A stretch of 64,000 bases of DNA, taken from Hyphochytrium catenoides. Lineage: Eukaryota > Protista > Hyphochytriomycota. Shown one piece after another: positions 35,261 through 46,058 of this stretch. The DNA lies in NCBI GenBank assembly GCA_900088475.1, contig FLMG01002637.1, positions 1 to 64,000 on the forward strand, given 5' to 3'. The stretch's first letter is position 1. Every line of letters starts with the position of its first letter. The notes under the pieces are model-generated. The model made no database searches. It had not been told where the DNA came from and saw only the letters and a list, made by a program, of their open reading frames with translations. The translations under genes were made by a program, and so were the position numbers.

Positions 35261-37545
35261 CTCTTCCCTGCGACGTCCCTTCGTATGTGGACGAAGGCGT
35301 CCTTCTTCTTCTCCGTCCTGCATAGCAGAATCACTTTTTTCTCCTCCTCTTAACCCTTTCACTAGAATCATAAAAAGGACCCCAGACGAAAGGCGCAGGT
35401 GGACCAGAAGAGAGTAGTCAAACAGCAAGACGAACATAGTAAAGATCTTGCATAGTAGTACGAGGCTGAGGAAGTCTAGCATCGTACTACTACTAAGCGT
35501 AAACCCCGTTCCTTCCTTCATTTGACCAGAACAACCAAAACCAACGGCTTCACTGCAACTCGACGTCTGGCAGACAGAAAGCGGAGCTCACAGAGACAGT
35601 CTTTCCTATGGTGATGTACTACTAGTATATCGTTGCAAGAACGATATTTTCCTTTTTTGTTGTGCTACGTCGTCGTCTTGGCCCGCCATGAGCCATGTTC
35701 GACTTGTTGGGTACCTGGAGTTGCGCAGAGTTGTTGCCTCCTAGAAGTAGATGTTCGAAGAGACATAACAACACCAACAACTGCCACTCCTCTTCAGACA
35801 ACGGACATGGCTGCCATCAAGAATGGTTAGCTTCATCAATATGCATGACGAAGCAAAGGAGTAAGAGATATAGTCTACTATGACTATAGCGGGAGGAGTG
35901 AGAAGTGGAGGCAACCTTCCCAAGCAGATAAAAAGCCAGCAAGTTCAGCCCCTTGATGTGGCTCTGGCCAGAGAAGAAAGGCACCGTCTACTCTGTTGTC
36001 TCTTCTTCATTCACCACTGCTACTGCGAACGAGTGATAATATGGACATCCGACAGACTAAAACAAAAAGATGGCCTTGTTGATTGGACTAACCATACTAG
36101 TAGAGATCGTTGCGGCTCCTCTACGTCAAAGTACCCGGCTGTGATGGGACTCATAAATAGCAGACACCTCTTCTGGTGTCAAGAAGCCCTTACTACGACG
36201 AAGACTGACGGGAGGCGATACCGCTTCTTATGCCTGTAGAAGTAGACTCTCTTCTCTCCTCCTCGGAAGCCTCTATCTATTATCCTGTAGAGGCCTGGAC
36301 CTCTATCAAGTACGGGGCTGTTCCTAGGCATATTGTCACTGCTTCTTCCCTCACAAGAGCAGTCTCCTCCTCCCATCAGTCATCATGGCTCTCTCAGCCT
36401 CTAACGATGTGAGGAGCTTGAGCCCACAAGCAAACGAAGGACTTGCACAAGAAGACGGAAGATCGACCCCTGTGTAACCTCAACCCGCGGACCCACTGCC
36501 TGCATATCAGGGGTGGGGGTGGGGGGTCAGAAGCTTTGCATGCTGCATGATATCTATAGATTTCACTTAACCCTTTGCTACTGTATAGAGCTGAACTGGG
36601 AAATATATTCTCGACAACCTTTGAAAGATTCCATCCCTACACCTCACTTCTGGTCACCCTCCCTGTCACACCCCACTCCCTCATCTCTTCTCTCCTCCCT
36701 TCCTTCCCTCCTCCTCAGGTTGCTTATAAAGACAAGGCTCTTGAAACGCCCCCACCACCACCCGAGGGAGGGAGAGCTGGCTGGCTGACTGACGGACAGC
36801 CTGACAGACGGGACGGGATGGGCTCTGGCTGACTGTAAGAGACATGACACCCGACAGCGAGAGCCTCAGTGCTTCCTCTTACACATTTCCTAGACCACTG
36901 GGACGAGCCAGAACAAAGCATTACGTAGAGCCGACTAGCCATGTCAAGCAGGTGGTCAAGCATTATGGTTTTCCTTCTTCTTCTTCCTTCTCTATCTCTG
37001 TCTGCTGTTTTCTTGTCCTCCTGCCCTCTGACCTCTCTCTCATTGCCCCTTCTAAGGTTCTTCCTCCTCTGCGTTGTTGTTCGCCTTTCTCTTCGCCCGT
37101 TGGCCTTATCTCGTACTCTATGTTGCTGTCTAGCATCTCACCATGCACCACGGGGTGCTTTCTTTCGCCATCTGGGGAACTGGCATGGCTGAGGATGGAC
37201 AGTCCCACGACTTCTGATTCCAGCAGGAAGATGTGGGAAGGAAGAACCGTGAAGGAAGCTGCCACCTACTCCGCTTACCGTTGTATCAAGGCCTGCCCTT
37301 CTGCTGCTCATGGTTCCTGAGAGGGCAAAGAAAATGAGGAGCTCGCCTCTCTCCCTCTTTTCCACTTCCATCAGCTTTCGCTCTCTGTTGATCAGAAACA
37401 ACAGACCTGGGAGGAGAGTCGTCCGATTGCAGAGAGGTCATTGTTCAATCTGCAGCCTTCCCGAGGTCTTGGTCGAAGGAGAGCTCGCACAGTTGTCACT
37501 AGACCCCGTCGAAAGCCAAGTCTACTTGGGAGATCAACCACAAAG

Positions 37546-38742
37546 ATGTTGTCTCTTGCCGCGACACAAAAGCTTCTCTCAATATGCGTCCTGGCTTTGG
37601 TCGCTTCAACATCTCCGCCTGTAGGCGCTCTTCCCACCGGCGCCCCAGCTTGCCATTATAACCCCGCAGCTATTATGAAGGGCCACGGTCCACCAGCAAC
37701 AACCCTCGAAGGCGCAAAAATCACGGTTACCCCGACAACCTACACCCCTGGACAGACATTAAAGGTTGTCATCAATGGCCCAGCTGGCTGGAAGGGTCTT
37801 CTGCTCTACGCAAGCAGTGCAGGGGCCGTTTCTTCAGGGGGTGCCTCCCCCATTGCCACCAATACTACCAGCGGCAGTACTAGCACCTCCTCCAGTGGAA
37901 AGGCCTCCTCTAGCAGCACCTCTTCATCATCGGGCACTGGGTACCGGCGGCTGCAGGTTACTGGCGGCGGGGGTGCGACGGGAGGCACTAGCGGTGGAGC
38001 CACTGGAGGTGCTACAGGAGGCACCACCGGAGGTGCTACGGGTGGTGCAGGTGGCGCCACAGGAGGTGCAGGTGGCGCCACAGGAGGTGCAGGTGGCGCC
38101 ACAGGTGGTGCAGGCGGTGCCACTGGTGGTGCTGGTGGAGCCACAGGGGGTGCTGGCGGAAGCACTGGTGGAGGAGCTACTGGAGGTACCACAGGAGGTG
38201 CAGGTGGTGCCATGGGCGGGACTAGCAGCGGTGGTGCTGCTGGGGGCAGTACTACAGGTAGTGCTCCACCAGCAGCCGGAGCAGCAGCTGGAGGCACGAA
38301 GAATCATGTCGGAAAGTTCATCAACCTTCCAGCCAAGTTCCGTCCTCAGGATCCTGCCAAATGCTCTGGGGCCAGCGTGAAGAACGAGGCCCTAAGCACA
38401 AGCGGTGCTTCGACCATCACTCATTCGGATGGATCCACTAAGGACAACACCATTACGTTCGATTGGGTTGCTCCATCTGCGGCATCAGGACCTATTACCT
38501 TCTCTGCTGTGGTCAATATGGGTGCTGTGCAGAGTAAGTGGATGCTGATGGAGGCGATGGCACAGCCCTCTGGCGGTGCGGGCGCCGGTGGTGGTGCTTC
38601 TGGAGCAAGTGATTCCACTGGTGGCACCACAGGCACCACTCCATCTACCTCTGCGGCCACTCAAGCAACCAACACCCACTGGTCTGTCTGCTTATCAGTT
38701 GCTGCAGTTGCGATCAGCGCTGTCTGTGCCGTTGTATTATAG
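37546..38742 (+). CDS. Secreted, probably GPI-anchored Reeler-like protein with internal Gly/Ser/Thr insert (~398 aa)
   Basis: ATG 37546 gives a signal peptide. LPTGAPAC..NP.AI..GH, YTPGQ and WKGLLLY, then an insert, then HVGKF, STITH, FDWVAP, GPITF. Ser/Thr stalk and hydrophobic C-terminus with no tail. Paralogue of 26770-28323. Confidence 0.85.
   Translation: MLSLAATQKLLSICVLALVASTSPPVGALPTGAPACHYNPAAIMKGHGPPATTLEGAKITVTPTTYTPGQTLKVVINGPAGWKGLLLYASSAGAVSSGGASPIATNTTSGSTSTSSSGKASSSSTSSSSGTGYRRLQVTGGGGATGGTSGGATGGATGGTTGGATGGAGGATGGAGGATGGAGGATGGAGGATGGAGGATGGAGGSTGGGATGGTTGGAGGAMGGTSSGGAAGGSTTGSAPPAAGAAAGGTKNHVGKFINLPAKFRPQDPAKCSGASVKNEALSTSGASTITHSDGSTKDNTITFDWVAPSAASGPITFSAVVNMGAVQSKWMLMEAMAQPSGGAGAGGGASGASDSTGGTTGTTPSTSAATQATNTHWSVCLSVAAVAISAVCAVVL
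38041..38160 (+). repeat. Coding 21-bp tandem repeat (GGAGGAT)n
   Basis: ggtggtgcaggtggcgccaca-like units repeated ~5-6 times. Confidence 0.9.
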
Positions 38743-39370
38743 TTCTCAGTTAGTGGACTCGAACCCTTGTATCTATTAGAGTAACTCCTTCTCAAAGGAT
38801 AATAATCGCAGTTGACAAACAACAATCTCTATCAATGAGCTGGGCCAACCACCGCGATCTGCCGCCTTGGCATGTAACTCGAATATTAAGCAAACCTAGT
38901 AGCACTCTTAGGATGACCTGCCGATATCCTCAATTGGAATAGTCGTTCAACGACCGTTGTCTCTTTGGCCTTCACTCAATGATCAATGACAACCTTAGTA
39001 CACTGTGTACACTGTGTCAAAAGCTCAGCTTTCTTCTATGTCCTCTGTTTCTCGGTTGGCGCGTCTCAAACTCTCTCTTCTGTTGAGAAATGATTGTTGA
39101 ACTTCTCCTCAACGGCGTGGCTACGACGCAGGATTCCGACCACAGTATCAATCCTTCCAGGGTGACATTCTTCACCAATATCTTGTGTCAGTCAGCATCT
39201 TCTCGTTTAGGTTTATTTCGGAGGGAGTTAGAAGGAAAGGGCGAGTATTCCGTCCGTAGAAGGGCACATGAGCAGCTCGAAGGTATAGTGAAAGGTATAG
39301 TGAGAAACCTTTTGGTACGGTCCCTTAATATGGAGCTAACGTACTAACGTAATCACTTCCGAAGGGACTA

Positions 39371-39416
39371 GCTCGGGCCCGCATCGTCTCGCTCGGGCCC
39401 GCATCGCCTCGCTCGG
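39371..39416. repeat. 20-bp tandem duplication
   Basis: gctcgggcccgcatcgtctc / gctcgggcccgcatcgcctc / gctcgg. Confidence 0.9.
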
Positions 39417-41134
39417 AGCGAGTGCACACAAGTGAGCGGCAATCTTACCACCACTGCTGACGGTATTACCCGCAGTGGCAATATGCTTCGCTCAGCAGTT
39501 TGTACTCTTTTCCCCATGCTGCTGTCAATCCGACTGTGACACGCTATGGGCAACAACACTTTTGACAATTGCCACGACAGCAGGGAATTGTTGGGCTCAC
39601 TGTATATCAATAGCTTATGAAGCCGCTGGGCAGCGGTGTTACCTGTTTGGCTCACCTAGGTCCCGCGAGAGTTCATTCAGGACCCTAAGCAGCTGAGCGC
39701 TTTGGCGGATTAATTATTTGCTGCCGACATCTCGACATCTCAGGTGTGCTGACGACGTGTGTCGGCAGTGGCGGCTTTGCGATCCCATACGAAATGGCGC
39801 CCCCCATCTTCTGGTGGGTCCACTGCTGCTACTACTATTGACCACCTGGGCCACGAATCAAGTATGGTCTTGGCTGCTATCATCAACTGTTCCCCTTCTT
39901 ATGGTGTCTCCACCAGCGGGAAGGCTGCCCGTAGGCAGCCTGCCACAGCCCGTTACTACCGTTATGTCTCTCTTCTATTGCATCTTCCTCTTAACCGGTT
40001 GTCCTCTTCTGACCACTCTTGTGGGACCACAGCTATCCCTGCTTGTTTCTTTTTTACCTCCCAACAACGAGTATTCCCCACGGCACCTTGAACATAGAGA
40101 CCTCAAGGCTTCAAACCGAAAGACATTGCAAACACCGTCGGTTGGAGGATTCTTCCGCCAAAGCGTGCACTCCGGGGAAGCAAGAACAACGACGAACTGG
40201 AGTGCGGGTGGTGGTGGCTCCACTGAAGACTCGTGAGACAGATTTCAACCATCGTCCCTATGCCGCGGTGCGCGGTGAAGTCAGACGGTATGGTACTCCG
40301 TGCAATGGCCGTGCCGCCGCCTCTGCCTTCTTTGGCATGTGAGGCAAGAGATAGGCTCTGTCGGAAAACAAATAGCTCTGCTCGTAGAGTAAGGAGAGCC
40401 TTAAAGCCTGTAGCCGTTGTCCGCTCAAAAGCGGGGATGACTTCTCTGCTCTCTTCCTAACGATTGAAGACACCTGCCGGTAAACATGAGTCAATACTAT
40501 GAAGCGCGAGTTTGTTTTTTGTTGCTGACTGTTCTAACCGCCCGGGCCACTGCCTTAGCAGTAACGACGATTACCCTTCTTCTCAGCCCTCTTTGGCACA
40601 CAGCCCGATCCTTCACTTGGCCCTGTAGCGCCTCACTGTCTTACGTGTCTCATTCTCAACAAACAGAACACCTTTGCTCTGGTGGTCATTGCCAAGTGAC
40701 CCCTTGCCAAGCCACATTCAGACGGGGGCAGAAGAAAAAGTGAAACCTCACGTCATATCGATTGATGTCCTCATATTAAATAGTAATAGCGTCTCTGAGG
40801 CAGCTACATCGTCGTCCCTCGGCGTCGAGAGCCCATGTTCCATGGGTAATAGGTTAGACTATACCAGCATCAACGGCTATTCAAGCTTAAGAGTGCAGCA
40901 CGCTATATGTTCTGTATACCGGTTCATCGTGGAGGAAGTTTATACCTGACTTGAGGCTAGAGCCTATGTGTTCCATCCTGTCTGTCATGCCAAAAGTAGG
41001 CAGGTTCTGCCCTTTCTGTTGACGATATTCATCTGTAAGAGCAAGGAATATCCTAACATCCAACCTCATCCCACCGCGTAAATCTCCAATGGAACCAGGA
41101 GGACAAAAAGCTGCGTGGTCTAGACCGTAACTGC

Positions 41135-42988
41135 TCATCGTCGACGGGCCTGCTTTTTACGGAATCTTGTGTATGGATCCAGCATCAGCTTCAGAATCTC
41201 ATTGTCGACAGGCTCCCAGAAGAACTGCTCAGCCATTTGTTCCCTAGAGGCAGAGAGAAGAGATTTTTTCATCGCATTGCTGATGTTAATCTCTAGCGGC
41301 ATACCATCCGCTATAAACGTTGCCATCATTTCCATAGAGGTCGCCAGTCGCTTATCTGCCGTCATTGATTTTTCGCGGAAAGCCATAGATTGGTCGTAAT
41401 AAATAAGCTTCTCGCAGCAGAACTCAGAGACAAGAAACGATTGAAACGTGGCTCGCGCTCCAATGGTACAAGTGTCAAGAAAGCTCTTAAGCTCTTTTGC
41501 GGAGTGCACCGGAGGAGACTCTGTCTTCTCCTCCACTTTGTTGTGGTCCCCTCCATGAATCTCCTTCCCACGTGGTTGAATATTCTTGTTGTTGCCCTTC
41601 TTCTCATTGGACGGTATGATGCTCTTCTCTGGCTTTTGTTGTTCATCTTCGGAAACGGGTAAAATTTGATGTCTTGACACCGAGGTTGAAGCGAGTCTTA
41701 GAAACCTCTCTTTCCACAAATGCCACTCATTGTTATATGAAGTGACTATCAGAGACACGCTGAAGACCCAGCTGTAGAGATGCAGGCCAAAGGCGCCGAC
41801 AATGGAGAGGAGATCCAGCAGATTGTAATAGAGCTCTGAGTCTGTCTCTTCGAGACTGGCCGGGACGAAAGAGTAGGTCGCTGTCAGTGCCATGGAAGCG
41901 GAGGCAGCGTCGAGCCGTCGGCGCATATGGAACGACTCTTTAACCTGAGGCAAGAGGACGAGCGGGCAAAGAATCCAGAGAAGCTGGTAGAAGACACAGT
42001 TGACTTGATCGAAAGAGGCCTGAGGAGGACGACAGTCAGAACCACAAAAATTTAGTACGCAAATGGAACCAGATAGAGGTTATGGAAGCCTAGAAAGACA
42101 TGTATGTAGGAGATGGTGTCGAACGGGAAAGGAAGAGCGGCAGGCAGACAAACCAATAGACCTAGAAAGAGACTTGAAGACCTTGATTGGACCGATGTGT
42201 GCACAGGCCTGGCATACCCATACAGTGAGAAGAGCAAGGGGCATTCTTCATCGACCACCTCAAACCCGCCGCAAGAAAGGAACTTATAAGTAAGACATGT
42301 CGGTCCTTACCCCTAAGCTCGTCTGCTGGCAATGCTCGAAGTCCGCATATGGTACTGTCCAGTCCTCAACCTCAAACACACTACGAATTACGCCCATCCA
42401 GCTCTCTCCCCATACAACCAACGCTAAGGGAACTAACAGCCATCTGCTCTCCAGCTTTTATCTGTGCCGCAATAGGAATGTCCGCGTGTTTCCGGCAGCC
42501 AAGTCCTGCTGGCACTTACTATCTAGATATAGCTTCACTGTGCAGTAGACCAACAGGAACGTGACTGGGAAGTAGATCGCGTCCCAGAAGAGAAAGGGGA
42601 ACCAGCAGGGCGTGCTTTCTGGCATAAAGTAATATGCCACGTAGGCCCATACCTGGAAAGGGATAGTGCATTCGATGAAGACTAACGCTCGGACATCTAG
42701 GAGGTAAAGCGGGTACGTCTTCCGCCTCCGAATGAGAAGGAGAATGCTAGGGATGGATACCAGAAACGCCGAAATACAGATAGCGAGGCAGGTTGTCGAA
42801 GCCGTGGCTGCAAGCAAAAGAGTAAACGATGAGGAAGTAACCTCTTCAGGGCTCCCGGCGGTACCGCTTGCACTGCCATATGAACTTTCACTGCTACTGC
42901 TACTCTCGCTCCCTTCACCGCCATCAGCAACAAGCACTGACGAGTCGAAGGAAAAGGAAGAAGACTCCTGCCACAGGCTGCTTATCAT
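41135..42988 (-). pseudogene. 7TM-RGS protein gene (exons 42988-42311, 42019-41135) with one in-frame TAA at 42460-42458
   Basis: The frame continues past TAA (…LLRHR*KLESRWLLVPLALVVW…) to a GTAAGG donor at 42310. CTGAC branch point and CAG acceptor at 42020 give a phase-0 join. About seven hydrophobic segments and VKESFHMR, then an RGS box FQSFLVSEFCCEKLIYY...FIADGMPLEINIS...EILKLMLDPYTRF. Confidence 0.8.
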
Positions 42989-44673
42989 TGGATGATGATG
43001 GAGGTGGAGATGATTGCAATTATCCGAACAAAGGGTCAGGAACAGTCTTGACTCCCTGGAACATTATTTATCAGCGTATCGCTTACACTCCGTCTCGAAG
43101 GCTCTGATGTCTCTTTTTCTGCTCAGGCACTTCTTGCGGGACTACTACTCGAGTACTGTTTTTATAGAGCTCCTCCACTTTGTAAGACATTGATTGTTGA
43201 GGAGTGCACAGAGGAAAAAAGACTCAAGTTCGTGCCGGAGATGGGCACATTCATGGCTTTCTGAATAATGGAGTCCTGCAGGCGGGAGGTGCAAGAGGTG
43301 GAGTATTGAGTGGAAGTAATGGAACCTAGTCAAGAGGAAGATAGTGGCCCTTCTTCTTCTGCTGTCTTGCTGCTTCATGTTGCGATCAGCAAACAAGGGG
43401 AAGGAAGGCCTGCAGAGCCACCAAGAGAAAGAATTCACTGGGCGGCGCGGCACATCCCTCCTCCTCCCCCATCAAGATGATGGGAAGCCCCTACCTAGCG
43501 TTGGATGCGAAGCCCATACAGAAGCGGGTTTAATTCTCTTTTTTCTAAAAACACTTATTTATATGATTTATCACAATAAATCCACCAGTTCGGAAGGGTA
43601 ATAAGTCGCCATACCATCGCTCTTGGAATTTTTTATCATCACTTATTAGTTTGTTACGCTTTTATTACGAGTATGAAAAGAAATATTCCACGAGCCGTTA
43701 CACTCAGCCCTGTACTACGAGCCTCGAAGCAAGGAGCTTCTCAGTAATAAGTGGCCGTGCATTGCTGCAGGCTCCAGTGTCCAGCTAAAGCTTGAGCTTT
43801 CTTCAGTAAAAGAATACGGAAGACATAATCCTGATAAAGAACAAGGAGGGCAGTTCGGCTGCACTTGCCAAGCTGTTAGTAGTTGCAGAGCTCGTGCGAT
43901 GAACATGGTCCCGTGGGCAGATCTTAGGGATTTGGAGCTGTCAGCCGCTTCTTTAGTCTGATGGGAAACTTTCCCACGAGGTCCATATGCAGGCCAATAA
44001 TTTTACTCGGGGAGCACCGCCGCAACAGGCGCCCACACGCACCATCCTCGAGCATTTATTATTACTGGTTGGATGATCCCGTCTCGCGTCCATGCTCTCA
44101 TGATCTATTGTATAAACCTTAGAAAGAATCCAGATGCATGCAATTGCAAAAAACCCTTTAGATTAGGCTCGTCTCAGCTCGCCCTGCACCTAGGTTCAAA
44201 TTGCACTCTCTTCTCAGGCTCGCCAGAACGTACTACTAGAGAGAAGGCTCTCACTGTTGCGTGGAAGATGTATCTGTCGCCCCTTTCCTCCCTTGAAAGA
44301 TAATATTCTTTAGAGGTAGCGAGAACAGACAAGTTGTGCTTAACCCGAACGGCTAATGACAATGCTTTTCATATATCTTAGCACTCCTTTCCTGAGTGCC
44401 AGAAATAAACTCACTAAGGAGAGCGGTACCTTCAAGCATGTGTGCAGGAAACAAAAAGACTTACAAAGATTATCGCTTACAGGTTAAAAGGAGGCCTTAC
44501 AGGCAGGCAATATAATAAATAAGCCCCTAAGCAGGTAAGAAGGATGCAAGGAGATCTAGATTGTTAATGACATGAGCCATCAAGCTAGGCGCGGCCGGAA
44601 AGGAAGATGAGAGAAAACCACGTAAGTAAGAGTTATAATGATGTAGGGGGAAGGTAGTAGCCTCAGCTGCGGC

Positions 44674-46058
44674 TTAGTAAGCCCCTCTGCGCGATGAGAA
44701 ACTTTGACTAGGGCCCTGTGGGCCTCTTGCGACACGGAAAGAGGTCCCTCTCTGCGACTGGAATACTTCATTGAAAGAGGAGAGTGAGGCTGAGGAGGAG
44801 ACTGTGGACACTGAAGAGAGAGAGGACGCTGACGAACTTCTACGCCGAGTCTCAGCAGGCAGTAGAGAAGAGCACGAAGGTGCCTCCCAACGCCATGGCC
44901 TGCTGTCAGCATCGCTACTGCTGCGCCAGGACCGTCCTTCTTCAGGTGGGGAGAAGAGAGCCTTCACTTTCTTAGCGGCAGATGAAGTCCGACTCCCTGA
45001 TGACAGCTGACGAGTCCTAGAGGAAGAAGAAGGTGATCCATGAGACCTCCTGCCTTGGGCGCCGTTTGCCGTGGAGTTGCGGCGCTGGAGAGATGGGTGA
45101 TGCGTAGCAGTGGAGGAGGAAGGGTCAGATTTCTTATGGCATACAGTGATGCCGTCATAATCTGGGCCGAAGGTCCGCGCAATGGACTCGTACGACATGA
45201 CCGCACACCGAGCCTCCTCGGCAGCGTCAAACTCTACTGTGGCATAGAGCTCGTTATTGACGTCATTCACCTTATCTTCTGCAGTGCAGTTACTGCGCAG
45301 ACCAGGTTGGAACACACGCGCAACTCGCACACGTCCAAAGCCAGAGAACTGCTCAGTGAGGCTGGAGATAGTGGGATTGGACTTGAGGTTGCGGATGACG
45401 ATGGTTCTAGCTGCAATTTCCTCAAGATCAACCTTAGGAAGGGGTGCAATCCTTCTGACTCTGGTGGCGTCAGCATTAAGCTGAAGTGCCTTGGAAGTCT
45501 TCAGCGCTTCAACAACGACAGACATATCCCTTGTGATGCGCTTAACCCGCTTGAATTCCGCAATATGCTTGATGCGCACTGATGATGAGAAAAAGAGGAT
45601 CAGGGGATAAGAAGTAGACGTTAGAATAACCAGGTTCAGGGATGTTCGGAGGCTCGCACTTGCTACTCACCAAAGCCATTTTCATCCATCTTGCGGGTCA
45701 GGTAGTTATCCGTAGGGAGGCTCTCGTCGCTAAAGTAGAACTCAATTTGCTTCCGAATGGCATCAAGCATGCTTTCAGGAGAAAGAAGCTGAGCGAGTGG
45801 CGGTTGATAATTGCCGTCCTGCTTGGCTAATGGTTGGTTGGGAGAAAGCTTCTTGTCGGAGGCTGCTGGTGTCCTCCATCTCTTAGGAAAACCATCTTCA
45901 CGATCATCCTCATGTTGATTGTTGCGAAGCCTCTGTAACGCTGGAAGCGCCGTGTGATCACCTTTCGTAGGGCAAAGGTTGTGTGCATTGCGAAAGAAAG
46001 AAGAAGAGTCATGCAATGGTTCCAAAGCTGGGACAACGCAAAGCTCGACCGATGCCAT
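44674..46058 (-). CDS. La-related RNA-binding protein (LARP6-like): La motif + RRM + C-terminal LSA/SUZ-C-like motif; exons 46058-45671, 45578-44674 (~430 aa)
   Basis: IRKQIEFYFSDESLPTDNYL...GFV/RIKHIAEFKRVKRIT across intron 45670-45579 (GTGAGT...CAG). RRM RTIVIRNL...FSGFGRV...YATVEF. Terminal VARGPQG..SF. Confidence 0.88.

Noticed and set aside
37806-38297. Pro-rich extensin-like minus-strand ORF (also 32818-33018, 33290-33946)
   Set aside because: Antisense of Gly-rich coding repeats.
35215-39416. Short repeats as a CRISPR-like array
   Set aside because: Adjacent duplications without spacers, in a eukaryotic context with no cas genes.
39420-40460. Possible retroelement remnant (e.g. IDHLGHE resembling an RT motif)
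   Set aside because: Only one weak motif; no consistent frame or further RT motifs.
42458-42460. Alternative genetic code (TAA = sense)
   Set aside because: TAA terminates other well-supported genes in the window, and no other intact gene shows internal TAA.
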